Notes: generated from the letters alone by a model not told the origin. A stretch of 32,402 bases of DNA from Pelomyxa schiedti (GCA_020536535.1 JAHLWZ010000297.1:1-32402), one strand, 5' to 3'. Numbered from the stretch's first letter, positions 1 through 13,099 are shown. Translations and numbers: made by a program.

Positions 1-152
1 CTGTGTCCCTGGCCGCCGCGCCCACGCCCCCCCTCGCCTCCGCGTGCCAACACGTGGGCCACAACGGCAGCGGCACGTCCGCCAGCCGCATGCAGTGCCT
101 CTGCGCCAAGTGCCGTGCCACATCCTCCGGCCTCGGGGGGGGCACGTGACAT
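1..152 (-). CDS. possible 5' end of a divergent gene running off the window (MSRAPPEAGGCGTALGAEALH...)
   Basis: GC-rich open frame from ATG at 152 to the window edge, head-to-head with the gene at 407. No recognisable motif. Confidence 0.25.
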   Translation of the reverse strand, partial: MSRAPPEAGGCGTALGAEALHAAGGRAAAVVAHVLARGGEGGRGRGGQGH

Positions 153-406
153 CTCACCGTTTCTACTACTTGTTTGGCTGAAACAGTTGATCCCAGAGAT
201 CAACAAACCCAGAACGAAGATTGTTCGTGTGGAGGTGTGTTCAGCATCACTTCCGTAAGGACGAACTTCGTCATCACCGTCTTTACGGTAACTCTCAGAA
301 GGAGAAACCGCTCTCCTTCTATAAATAACAAATGTTCGAGTCTAAAGATCGTGATCAGCGTTGTTCCGTGCACAAACACAGAACACAACAATTTTCGGGA
401 TCGTTG

Positions 407-3400
407 ATGAGGCATAACAACAGCACCGGTGCGGCTCACCACGACGACACAAGCAACGACGGCGACAACAGCGACAACGTCGCCGCAGCGGCGGCGGAGG
501 AGGAGGACAAGGGGGGGGCCCACCACGCCCGGCACCACAACCACACCAGCAGCAGCAGCAGGCACCACCACCACCACCACGACGGCGGGAGCAGCAGCAG
601 CAAGCACCATCACCACCACGCCACCCACTCCTCCACGTCCCCCTCCCCCGCACGCAGCCGCGACGGCGACGACGACGAGGACTGCGACGCGCCGCGGGGT
701 ACAAACGACGGCCGGTGGGGAGCCCGGGACCACCCACCCTGCGTCGAGCCCACCACGCCCCGGCGTGCGGTCGATGGCACCCAAGTGTACGATGGAGACG
801 CAGAGGGAGAGGGAGAGGGAGAGCGCGGGGACCAAAGGGGGTCGCCCTCGCGGCTGCTACTACAGTCATTGGAGCAGATACGGGGCCACATAGAGAGGAA
901 GAGCGCGGAGAAGCTGCTCGACGCGGGCGTGGCCGCGCCCGCGGTGGGGGCGGTGGGGGCGGAGGCGCGGGGGGGGAGCCCGGGGGGGCGGGAGGACGGG
1001 AGGGGCACGGTGGGCGGGTGGGGCCGCATGACGAGGAACCTGGACGGGTTCTCGGAGAAGGCGCGGTCGCGGAGCGAGACGCCGCCAAAGTCGAGCTCGG
1101 CGCCGCTGCGATCCCACAGCGCGCTGCAGCGAACCGTGTTCACTAAGATGAGAGGTGCGACGCCTGTTTCGGACGGGGACCCCGCAACACAGTGTTCTAC
1201 CCCGGGTGGGTCAACAAAGGTGGGTCCCTAGCTGTTGCATACTTTGGAACTAATTCCGGAACCAGGAAAACGTGGAGCAGGAATCTAATTTGGACACAGA
1301 TGTATCACTTGTAATCCCTAGGAAACGTCAACGTTCCAGGCCGGGACTGCCGCAGCTTTTTTCTGACTCGAGTTCGTCACCTTCCCCAGAACTGCCTAGT
1401 AGAAGTCCAAGTGGAGAGCTGGCATCTGGAGATTCTGCTTTGGCATACTCGGCATCGGCACGTGACAGTGCAGAGGGATCCCCAAACAGAGTTAATATGC
1501 CATCCACACCCTCAAAACTGGCACAAATGACTTTGGCCACTTCCCCCGTAAATTCGCCCGCAACCCCTCCTCTCAGCCAATCCCCTCTTCCTCCGATTCT
1601 TCCAGCCGAGAAGAGTACACCAACAAAGCCACCGGCCGGACGTAACAGAAGTGCTACTGTAATTTCTCTTCCCCCATCTGCGAGCCCAATCCAAAGCCGC
1701 AACCGTAGCGCTAGCATTGTTGATATGCCACCAGGGCCAGGTTCAAGTGGGATTATTGGAGTTGTGGGAGGAGTCAGTGACTGTGGCGAACATGTTGCTG
1801 CCGTAAATGCGTGGTCTCGCACGCGTTCTGCCTGCGTCACAGCCCTTTCAATTAGACGGGAATCAGCATGTGCTGTTCTGCGGGAAACTATTACAGCTTG
1901 GAGGGGGAATTCCATCTTTGCCAGTGGGAAGTTGCCGGCGTTGACAGAGTAAGAAATTTCAGTACATATTACAAACTAACTTGACGATACAGAGAAAATA
2001 AAATTCTTCATTGGAGGATTGTTGAGCTTCTCTCTTTTTGCATTCCAAACATGGGAATGAAGCAACATTCCCTGATACTTCGATTCCTAAGAACTTCTGT
2101 TAACAATGAGAATGTTGTTGCATTCAGGAAGTACTGAACCCTTTAATGATTGTTTCCATAATTAATGTCTAAAAAGGATTCTGTCTCTGTGCCTTTCATA
2201 TCTCTTTTTACATGATCCACATGCGGGGGTAGCATATGTTATGTCCAGACCTGATACCTTCCGCCTGCTCTCTGGGACACTCAAAAGTACAACAGAGTGC
2301 AATAAAAGTACTACTGAGGGCACAACAGGCGACGGGTGCATTTGTGGGCATAGGTTTTTCAATGTCTTCTCACTTGCTGAGGCAGTTACTCGATCAGATC
2401 TTGGAGGGGTTGCAGACGCTGTTGTTCTAAGCGAACTGTTTTCATTATTCACCTCCCGCAACCCCTCTGGAGACAAAGGAGAATCTGGAACCTCCTGTGA
2501 TAACAATACCAGAAGGCATTCACTTGCTACCAACAGCCTCAGTGCTGCTCTTAGAAATATTCTCAATACTGGGCGTTCGTGTCCTGAATTGGAAGTGCAC
2601 ATGAACGTACTGCATACCAGCCTTGGAGATAAACCAAAGGAGAATAATTCTACATCAGGAGGAGCGAGGATGAGTGGCAGTGGCTCCAGTTCAGGCAGCG
2701 CAGGCGGAAGTCCTAGGAACAGCACTAGCACCTCGTATTCGATGCCCCGGGGTTACACAGGAAGCCCACTAGGAGGGGTCGCAATTGACCCTAAAGACTG
2801 TGAAAAGTGTCTCCTGTGCTTCCTCTTCAATGCACAGTTTTATGCCACTTCGTCTGGTACTTGTGCCACGCCTCCTGGAAGTGATAAAAGCTCCACTAGC
2901 CCGTTCAACACAAAGAAACCAAAACAACCTGCCTCACAATCTGCCCTAAGGGGATCTGGATCAGCTTCCTCAGAATCAGCAGAGACTGAGGCTTTTGAGT
3001 GTTTATGTTCCGGTGTAGGCGAGAGTGTTACTATGGACCTTCTCGGTACACTACTTGCATTGAATCCTGGGGCAATTCTATCGTTTGCTCCCCACAAGAA
3101 AATGTTTGTTGAGTTTATTGTGGGTCAAATGAGTCTGGCCAAGCATAACAAGACTCCACAAGCATCGAATATTAGACTGTGTGCCGTAGAATTGGCAGTT
3201 CGACTTGTACGATCTGTCACAGACTCCCTTGCAAATAGCGTGAAGCAGCCTGGAATTCGACCACGCAGCGGAAGTACAAATGCATCTCCACGTGGAGACG
3301 ATTCCAGCCGCACTATGGAGCCTACTCGTGTGGCATTTCTTTCACCCGTTATCAAGTTTATGTGGGAAGTTGCTGTAAGCTACCCAGATGAGGTTGTAAT

Positions 3401-5494
3401 GGTTGGTCAAGTCTTAAGACTGATGAGCGAGCTTGCCATTACAGCACCTTCTGTAATGATGTTTGCCACCCAACAACAGGTATTATTCAATAGCCTCAAA
3501 TGGGTTTTCTCTCGCGGTTCTTCTGAATCCAGTAAGAATGGTCAGAAGTCATGGGATGTTTCTACCTTATCTGCCCATTTTGGCGTTCTGAACTCCACTC
3601 CTTTACTGAAGAACAAGTTTTCCGACGCCGTAGCCGATATTCTTATTGATGGTATCTCCAAGCATCTACAGCATTTCCGTGACCAGCAGCAAGTATTTGA
3701 ACAACAACAAAAGGCGTTCATCCGCCACAAGCATAAAAAACACTCCAAGCGAGTCACTTCCTTCACTCCTGCCATGGACCTTCCTCCTCCACCAACAGCA
3801 ACGCATCAAGCCATGCTTCGATGTCTATTTCTTCTCCTACAAAGTCCTCCTCCTACAAAAACTGGGAACAAAGGGGAAAGTGAGACCAATTCTTCAGCAT
3901 TACGTGATAGCCCACCTTTCACCTCGTCGATATCTCAGCTTATCCTTCCAGTTTGTAATATATCTGTGGCACTACCCTGTAGTAAGAGCGACAAACTCCC
4001 GTGGGTTCCTTGGTTTTTTTCTTCGTTCCACCTAACTCCTCTTACAGAGCGATAGCACTTCTAGTCTTATTGACAGAATCTCATCCACGTGAAATTGTTT
4101 ATGCTTTTGCCAATTCACCAACAGCACTTCGCAGTATCGGTACATTGTTGCATACACTCACCCTAAGTGTGTATCCAACAAATACAGCCAAGGAATCTCC
4201 GAGTGGGATCTATTCACCCTTTCAACTAAAGTCTATATGTCAATTTACATTCATCCTCCTCCAAAACTGGCCTGTTGGTGAATATGGCTCTGTTGTTGCC
4301 AAGGCACTTTCATATGTGACTAAGGAATTAGTCAGCGCAGTTACTGCCTTGAAGGATACACAACTTATGGAATCTGCAGTGCAAATTGTGCAGAAGCCAT
4401 TACACCAGACAGTTGGAAAAGTGGAAAATCAAGATCCTAAAAGTGCTACTGGAACAGAAAGTGAGGAGTCTACTGATAGTTCCACAGGCAGTTCTAGTGG
4501 GAGTTCCAGTGAAAGTGATACCGCATCAAGCGCAAGTGAGGATCCCCAGCAAGACGGACCTTTTATGGTTGTTCACCGAAGTGTTGTTGAAAAACTTTTT
4601 ACCGAGTTCAGTAGCACTGGCGAGCATCATATTCCTGAACTTCCTCCTGTGTCTCCCCAAGTTGCACCCAAATCAGTTAAGAAACGCCACAGCCACTCCC
4701 CCAAGCACGATCATAAAAAGACACACCATCAAGAAAGAAAACTCTCAGGCAAAACCCCTCCCGCCAGTCCTACGTCCGAATCACCACAAGAAGACGACGA
4801 AGAACCCCCTCAAAGGAGAAACTTGCTATCTACACACACATACATACACTCAGCACACTCCCTTCCCCAAATTCCCACTCAACAGCTTCATCAAATCCCC
4901 AGGATTCCCTCCGCGATTTACGTTGAGGAACCACCAAGCGATGAAGAAACCCAACAACAGCAGCACCAGCAACAAGTAGCTTCTGCCTCGCATTCACTCC
5001 GGCACAGCCGGCACCACTCGCGGGAACACCAGCGGCCAACATCCGCGGAAAGGTCATTATCCCCTTCATCATCCCCGTCGCCAGGTTCATCCCCATCGGG
5101 GTCCCCTCTCCGTGATATCCAAGGTTATTCACCAATCCCGCTTAACAAAGGACACACATGCACCACACAATATCCATTTCCATCGCCGGTCCACTATTCA
5201 CCCTATTCACCCCTCCCATACAACAACAGCAACAACACCAATCACTCACCACCGCCCTATGCCTTCCCGCTTCCAGTATCAATCAGCAATTCGAGTAAGT
5301 ACCATCATGTATCCTCTGTTTTCGTACCCCCGCTGCAGCCTGTACCACTGAATCCCTACACGCACAGCAGTACCTACACACAATTACCATCGGCACCTGT
5401 GCCGGCCCCGATACCACTACCTCCTCATATTAATACATCACCACTTAGTAGAAGGCGGCCTCTGACACCTACTGTCTATGTAAGAAAATTTTGA
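407..5494 (+). CDS. large (~1600 aa) uncharacterised protein: low-complexity His/Ser/Gly/Pro ends around a helical, possibly ARM/HEAT-like, core
   Basis: ORFs 332-1231, 1272-1952, 2241-4055 and 4001-5494 join in frame through short GT-AG introns (1220-1265, 1949-1992, ~2131-2176, ~4001-4047). ATG at 407, TGA at 5492-5494. Function not recognised. Confidence 0.7.
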
Positions 5495-5573
5495 CTGTGA
5501 ATAAGTGTTCTGCACCAAATGTGTTTGCTAAGGTGAAAGAAAGAAACACTAAAAAAGATTGAATTCCCTTATT

Positions 5574-7002
5574 TTAATGTGGCAAAAAGATTATAAAGTA
5601 GAGAGCGGCGGCAACGATGGAGCCGGAAAGGGGTCCTGCCCAATATCTGGTAATACAATTTAGTAGTGAAAATAAGCAATTGTATACTTACATGTATTGG
5701 TAGTCCCAGTAGTTTGCAACAATTGCCGGTCCAAGAGACCTTGCTGGGTTTAGACTGCACCCGGTCAATGGTCCAATGAAAAATATCTTGGCACAGGTAA
5801 ACACCAGTAACGCAAACAAGGACACACCATTGAAATGATAACACACCAGACAGCAAGAGGTAACAGTAAACGCTTGTTATCGGGCTTTGAAAATGTTATA
5901 TGTTGCGGTTTTAAGGAAGTTTGGAACCTTGGTTGGGTGAAGAGCCATCATCAAGATTACAAATACAAACATCCCAGTGCACAAAGTCTCTAAGATATAA
6001 GCTTTCCATCCTTCTATTGTGCAGACATTTGCTCCAAGATATGAGTTCATCTGCATAAATTTAGTAGGACTACACTAAAATGGAACTATACTGCATCTGG
6101 AACAGTGAGATAAACCAAGGCCGCACCTGCAATAGCACCCAGGCACTGGCAGAATAGATAACATATCGCACGTATGACTTTTGTTTTGCGTAGCAGTGCG
6201 AAGGCAAATGTCACCTGTCAATAAGAATATATTTTACTTAAAATCACCAATTCTTGAAGATGGAGCGAAGATTTACTGCTGGACTGTAAAAATACAGAAT
6301 TAGTAGTGTGTATGCATTGTCATGGAGTGAGTTAGTGCGCGGTTACAATGCTAACATGATAGGCGCCTATGCGAGCAGTGTTTGGTAGTGGTACTTGAAG
6401 TGCCCTCCGCTGACAGTATCAAAGGTCATGATGAGTGCTGCCAAAGTACTAGCAAAAGTCATGCAGACCTTTGGAGATTTCCCAACGTGATTCACAAACA
6501 ATTGGCATGCTGATAAAAACCTGAATTCCACCTAAACTTCGAGACTCGGAGGTAACTGAGCCACAACCTAGCACCGATCCGTTAAAAGAAAAAAAAGGGA
6601 TATCTCTCACCCACAAACACCAGTAGTAGTGTTCCTATGAACTCGGCCACACACGGCCTCCATAATTTGACCAGGGTCCTCAACCACTCTGGGTGCTACC
6701 CAACCCGTCCCAGTAACCATCGTTATAGATTCATTAACGAGTACATAATAATATACAAAATACAAAATACAAATGTGTGAGTGAGGGTGGAGATGGTAGT
6801 AATGCTATTAGGCCATCAAGCGAGTGCACTCACACACCTTATTTTTAGGGAGATGATCTGCGGATCCACCCTCTGACACTGTGCTCTCGAAGATCCCACC
6901 CTCCTCACGATCTTCAGTTATGTCGTTTATTGACGTTGACGAGTGTCGTCTTTCCGGGTCTGACAACAGCCCCTTGCCTGCTCCGTCGTCCGTGTCTCCC
7001 AT
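5574..7002 (-). CDS. aquaporin (MIP family channel), multi-exon
   Basis: Spliced product contains AEFIGTLLLVFVG, SGGHFNPAVTFAF, YLFCQCLGAIAGA, LETLCTGMFVFVIL, GPLTGCSLNPARSLGPAI and YWAGPLSG. Both NPA motifs and all MIP helices are present. Confidence 0.93.
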
Positions 7003-7278
7003 CTTTTTTTTTTTTTGTTTCCCTCCTTCTTCCCTGAAGCTGTTTCTTCTTCATGCCCTGATGAAACCAATCAATAGTGCCGAGAGTTTGTATCAGAGAC
7101 CTCTGGTACATACATGCATGTATGTAACTCTCCCAGAACCACAAATGGAGCAGTATCCTGGGCCTCAGATCTCTGCTATCTTAGAGATTTTTGGGGAAAA
7201 CAATCAAGGCTTGATCGTCGTTTCGTTGTTGTGAGAGTAGAGAGGGTTACGACGGCAGGCATCCCATAACCAGGAAAG

Positions 7279-8382
7279 ATGTCGATTGTGTATGGCATAG
7301 TAGCGAGGGCGGACACCATCGTGGCCGAGTACAGCCCTACAACCGGCACATTCACGGAGATAACCAAGCAAATTCTGGGCCGGGTGCAGCACAGCAATGA
7401 CCACAGGATGACTTATGCCTACGAAAAGTACCCTTCTTGTTTCTCTCTTTGTTTGTTTAGTTGCTCTCCCGAACTAGTGGTGCCTGTGGCGCAATAGACG
7501 GCATCTTTTTGTGATTGCGTGTATTGGCGGTGTTATTTTTCTAATGGAGCGAAGCTTTTATTTCCACTTTATTGTAGAGTCCGGATTTGTCTTTTTATGC
7601 ATGACATCCAGTGACATGCCTCAGAGGTTTTATTATTATTATTGATTTTTCCTGATCTCCCACAAAATCAGAGTGGCGTTTACGTTCCTTGAGGACATCA
7701 AGAAGTGCTTCCAACAGGGTAAATACGCTGACAAAGCGAGATTTGCCGTGGCATTTGGATTAAATGAGGACTTTGCAGCTGTTCTTAGGCACCGCATGGT
7801 ATGTGTTGTGTAGGCATACTCGCATACTCAAATCACACTAATGCCCTGAAACTAACTGACATGCACAGGACTTCTATTCAACGGAGTATAAAGACGAGGG
7901 TGTAGAAATCGACATTGTCCAACCCTCCATTGAAAGTGTTGGTTAGTATTTTGGCTGTAATATAAACCTGTAGAGACTACACAAGAGTAGACCGTGTTGC
8001 TGAATCGTTAAAATAGAGAACATTCTTGAGAAAGATGAGCAGACACCGTTGGTTGTTGGCTCATCTGTGTTTGCTACAAAGTCAACCATGGAGTCAACAA
8101 AGGCCATGCTTGTTCCCGTCACAAAGAAAACACCGGCTCAACTCAAGCGAGAACAGAGGCTCACAAACCTCAAGCTGTTGTGCATCATTTTCTTCATGCT
8201 TGGGGTGTGTATCATTCATTGGCCTCTTTCTATAACCTTACTCACCACAACAGACCCTGATATACTTCATAGTGTGCCTGTGCTGTGGTGGTATGGCTTG
8301 GCAAGGTTGCCTGAATCCTCCATCACCCGCGTCATCCTCGTCGTCCTCATCATTCTCAGTGTCTAAATCCACTTCTCTGTGA
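7279..8382 (+). CDS. VAMP7-like longin-domain membrane protein with a degenerate R-SNARE motif
   Basis: MSIVYGIVARADTIVAEYS...FLCMT...RVAFTFLEDIK...AFGLNEDFAAVL is a typical VAMP7 longin domain. C-terminal TM and tail LLCIIFFMLG|TLIYFIVCLCCGGMAWQGC. Five short introns. Confidence 0.85.
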
Positions 8383-8613
8383 TGGGGTATACCATACCTT
8401 TGTATCAACTTTCCAAGTAAGTAATAGGAACAGAATTAAGTTGTGAAATGTGTTTTACAGTTTACTATAAGCGTTGTTTTTGGTGGTAAAAACAACAAAA
8501 CAAATAGTTTGGAATCAGTTCATTGCCTTTTTTTTTGTACCTAAGAGGATGTAAGTACTGTGTTAGAGTGTGGGTTCGGGTACAAAACCTCAAAACTACA
8601 ATCAAAAAAGTCG

Positions 8614-9334
8614 TCACAGGGCTTCTGTGATGTCCTTGTCTTTCGCGTCGGTGTTCCACTTTAATTCAAAAGCACCAACAGCCATAAGAACACACGGCAG
8701 AATACAGCAGCCGATGATTATGCCCAAAAGCTCGGATATAACACAGCCAAGCCCAAGACCCCAGAGGACTGGGTCACAGTGATCTGGGTCAGTTCGAAAT
8801 ACAAGTCTTGGGCAAAGTAAGCTGTGGTTAAATTCAATGAGACATACACACAACCCATCAAAAATATGGCAAATTCGTCTGTAGACACTGTAAGTTAAGT
8901 GGAAAATGTAGAGAATAACTTACACAAACTTGATATGCCTTGTATAATTTTCAGCCGAGATTTTTTGAATTTGTCAATACCTTGTTTAAAAGTACCCTAG
9001 CTGTGTTTGAGGTATATGTATGTATTTAATCAACGGTATACGCACGAGGCATTATAGAAAAGGGAAATGGGAAAGAGACCTTTCGCATGTAGACAATGTA
9101 GAAAGCATTTGTAACAATAATAGCGAGTGCGGAAGCCACCAATTGACAGACGACATATACATTTACCTTCCCTAAGTGTGAAACAATGTACGGAGAACGA
9201 ACAAAAATAGTCACCTTGCTGTCACACTCGGCATTATATCGTGTCACTCCGGCAATCGCCAACGCAAGCGGAGGAAGGTTAACAGCAAGGGACTCTCCAC
9301 ACATGACCAACAGCCCAATTCCTTCCCGCCCCAT
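8614..9334 (-). CDS. uncharacterised ~4-TM protein (TMEM272-like Cys pattern)
   Basis: Hydrophobic exons LPPLALAIAGVTRYNAECDSK|VNVYVVCQLVASALAII and LVFRTDPDHCDPVLWGLGLGCVISELLGII, joined by short introns. The family call is tentative. Confidence 0.5.
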
Positions 9335-9729
9335 CCTCCTAAAATGCCCCCCCTTACACTCTTAACTCACTCTCCCAAATCAGCAACTCAACTTGAACCA
9401 GGCTCACAGGACAAAGATAAGAACGGACCAGTCACTCTTGTGCAGATCTTTCCTCCTAGCGTTGTTGCCTCTTTGCCGCTCTTGTTTTCTCAGTCGTTGT
9501 CGCTGGGTTGCCTTTCTAATTTTCTTCTGTATTGAAGACAGATCCAAGATTCTCTCCTCACACAGAATGACACCCTGGCAGGGCCCTGCTGCCTCCCAAT
9601 CACATTGTTTTGTTTGTGGAGTTGAACACCTGGGGCATCGTTTCGATCATGACACTGAACAACAATTACAGGAAGGTCGTTGGAGCTATTACAATCACAC
9701 GAATTTCGGTGCGGTAAATCTCGGACGCA

Positions 9730-10754
9730 ATGGCGACACATAAGAAAACATTACTTAAGGTGATACTGTTGGGTGACAGCGGGTGCGTGCCGGCCGGTCT
9801 ATGACTCATCATCGTGCACGAAACTCTTTTCCCCTTTTTTTTTCCCCTTTAACAACAAATAAGTGTGGGAAAGACTTCTATTTTGAACCAGTTCTGTTCC
9901 TTTTTTTGCTGTCTAGAAGTTTAACCTTTTGAAAAAAAAGATATATGAATCACAAGTTTTCTATTGCATATAAAGCTACTATTGGAACAGACTTCTACAC
10001 GAAAGTATCTCCCGAAGTGTAACATCCAACAAAACTAAAGAAAGCCCTCTACCTGTAGGAAACACTTGTAGATGACCGGCTCGTTACTATGCAGGTGAAA
10101 GAGCGCAAATTTCTCTATGCTTAACTTTCTTCAAGTAGATATGGGATACTGCAGGCCAAGAACGCCACCAAAGTCTCGGCGTCGGTTTCTATCGAGGTTT
10201 ACCATTGTGCCTCAGTCAACAACAAAACTAACATTTATTTCAGGAGCTGACTGTTGCTTACTCGTTTTTGATGTTAATTCGTCCAAGTCTTTTGATAGCT
10301 TAGACAACTGGCGGCACCAGTTTTTAAGCCAAGCCGCTCCTTCCAACCCAGAATCATTTCCTTTTGTGGTCTATGGCAATAAGATTGACACTCCACACAC
10401 TCGAACGGTTTGTGCAGAGGAAACTTCGGTCTTCTAACAGTTGGAAAAAGGTTACAGAAAAAACCGCACTTGCTTGGTGCACGTCAAGAGGCAGCATCCC
10501 TTACTACGAGGTAATACCAGTCCCCAAGCAACAATTCTTAACATACAATTAGGGAAGTGCTAAGGAAGACGTGAATGTGGAGACAGCATTCCAGACTCTC
10601 GCCCGGAATTCCGTCAAAAATGAAGTAGCAGCTCCCTCAATGTAACACCTCCTCTAGCACCCAATCACATTAACATTCACTTCACAGAGACCATATAACC
10701 CTGCTAACACCCGCACCTGAGAAAGAGGAGAAAAAAGAGTCCGACTGTTGTTAG
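9730..10754 (+). CDS. RAB7: Rab7-family small GTPase, 8 introns
   Basis: [79 protein letters not shown] and a C-terminal CC prenylation motif before TAG at 10752-10754. Confidence 0.93.
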
Positions 10755-10889
10755 AAGCCCCAAAACAAACAACACCCACCCAAAACGTATTCCTACATTT
10801 TCGCTTTCTGGTGCACTTTCCATTTCTCGTCTCATCAAATAGTGTTTTTCACCTAACATAGGAAAAACAAAAGAGAAAGTTGTTGGTAG

Positions 10890-12248
10890 ATGGAGGGGGT
10901 GAGCGAGGCAGCACCTGACGTTGCTTACGTGAAAAGGACCAAGCGAAAGGTGTGGATGTTTGGGGGCGTGATGTCTGCAATGGCTCTTTTTCTCGCACTT
11001 GGCGTTTCCCTGCTGGTGTGTCAATGCAACAGATTCCAAATTACTTGGTTTTGTTTGCAATGCATGTATTAAGGAAATTAACTCCAAGTGGGGGCACATA
11101 GTAAATTTTTGTTGTTGATTAGATAGTGGGACCACTGAAGTACTTTGGGGGAAGTACTGTTGGACCTGCTATGGTTTGGTCTGTATCCCTATGCGAGGTT
11201 AGTGACTCCTCGAGCTATTCTGGGAATTCTTCTGTGGCAAGTGGGCGTGCATTTATGAGCTACCCAGCACCGTATGGCTGCCCTCTTAGTCCTGTAGGTG
11301 AGTGTCGTCTACTTCTGAGAGTGTGTCTAACCTTCAAAATGAAAGAAACCCCTCAAACATTTATAATCCCGCCAAGTGTAATTGTACACGAACTTCTGTA
11401 TCTCCCTTTTATTTACGTTTCACATGGCGGTACGCTATCTGTACTCATATTTTTTCACATGAACTTAACTCTCCCGCAACAGTCACTGGATACATAGCCT
11501 TTTCTACAACCGCTGTCGGCCAAGTTCCCCTCGAATGGTTGGTTATGGATACAACCTCCGCAGGAATAACACGTAAGCCCTTGCCCTTGCATCACACATT
11601 TGAATGAACTTTTTTTTTAAGGAACTAACTTCACGATACCTGGTGGCTCATCGTTGGTGGTTTTACGGTACCTCTCTTCAGTATTATGACTATTTTCGTT
11701 GTAAATTCTTTATTTATTCATGAAGAAAAGATGCGCTTGATTCTGATGGAATCTATGATACGGCATCCTATGTTTGTCTCATTCTTTATGCTGCTTGTCT
11801 GACAATTATAGCTATGTAATGATACTCTGACTGGATGTCCATATGAAATAGTTCGGAGCTTAGATAAATTTGTTGTTCCTGATGCGGCCGGAGTATATGT
11901 GGGTTCTTCTTACAATTCTAAACATCCGTGGTTAATTGGAGAATAGATAAGTTCCCCAGATACATCAGTAGAACTTACTATTCACGAAGCAGTATTCTAT
12001 GTACCACTCAACAATCCTCGCTCTTTTCTAAAAACAACTAGGATACAACGAGGTGCAACACGCCAGAGGTGTACATTGGCTACGAAATCGTGGGCCGCAC
12101 ACCACAACAGCAAGCAGGACTTGCTCTATGTGTAGTTGGCCTCCTACTTTGTGATCTCATGCCAGCCAGCCTGTTCTTCACCAAACTCCACATTGAAACT
12201 CTCAGAAAGAAAATCCGCCGTATGGCACAAGGCATTCAACTGGAGTGA
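10890..12248 (+). CDS. uncharacterised membrane protein: N-terminal TM, luminal beta-rich region, C-terminal TM
   Basis: ATG at 10890 followed by basic residues and a TM (VWMFGGVMSAMALFLALGVSLL). Last exon reads AGLALCVVGLLLCDLMPASLFFTKLHIETLRKKIRRMAQGIQLE*. Internal exons were not fully resolved. Confidence 0.5.
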
Positions 12249-12366
12249 TTAATTATATCACCACACCATCCCCACTCATTGCAATTACAACTTCGCCGAA
12301 ACCAACTTCTTCTTGACCGTCATCAATCACATAAAAAAACAAACACAGAGAGGCATTGTGGGAGAC

Positions 12367-13099
12367 ATGGAGACCGGGAGCAGGACGTCGTTGTTTTTGA
12401 AACCAAAGACTGAGGCTTGTGTACTTGTAATATTTGGATTTTGGGTGTACGCTTATCCCGTAATTCATTGTTTATACAAAGTATATTAATATTACATATT
12501 CCGTTGTACTTTGTGGTACTTCGTTGTTTTATTTCACCTGTTATGGCTTTGTTTTCCCTAAACATGTTCAGTGGACTGGTGGTTTTTTTACTTGAGAAGA
12601 ATGTGTACTGCCTTGCGTGGGGCCTGCAGAGTACTATTGTATCATTCGGTTACACAATTGTATGCGTTTTTCCCAGTCGTTATGTAATTATAATATGGGC
12701 TATTAGCAATCGTGTATCGGCTAACAGACCCCACAATTACAGTTGTTTGTTATCATTATACCGATTATTCAATTGGTTGCTGATGACGGGACATTGTGGT
12801 GGCTCATATACCTATTCTTGGCGTGCTCGTGGATTCTGGTTGGCATTCTCATGCTGTACAATGCGTGGACAAAGGGTGATTCTGAGGAATTCTGGCAACT
12901 TCCTTTCATTGGTTTGTTTTCCGTTCATTATTTTATACAATCAAACAAATTACACCCCAAAAAACTGACAACTATTTTTCTGTAAGATTGTAATACCCGC
13001 TATTAACCCACCTTAGGGAAATTTGCATGGGAACATGCAAACAAGAGAGCCGAAAAAAAAGCACAGGCCGAAACAGACAAGCTAATGGCAAAATCCTAA
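12367..13099 (+). CDS. DUF4870/Tic20-like small membrane protein, paralogue 1
   Basis: Spliced: METGSRTSLFLKPKTEACVLVIFGFW..GLVVFLLEKNVYCLAWGLQS...ILMLYNAWTKGDSEEFWQLPFIGKFA. This matches the DUF4870 pattern G-L-x-x-x-x-x-E-K...(A/S)-x-Q-S...A-x-x-G...L-P-x-I-G. Confidence 0.7.

Noticed and set aside
200-1146. Many overlapping long ORFs in all frames (also at 22052-22851)
   Set aside because: Shadow ORFs of GC-rich, triplet-repeat, low-complexity exons. One frame splices consistently into a gene.
9344-9743. Short ORFs between the 4-TM gene and Rab7
   Set aside because: No motifs, and they lie in a divergent promoter/UTR interval.
7279-10754. Longin and Rab7 proximity as a functional endolysosomal cluster
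   Set aside because: Both families are often multi-copy and an unrelated gene lies between them. Chance adjacency cannot be excluded without synteny data.
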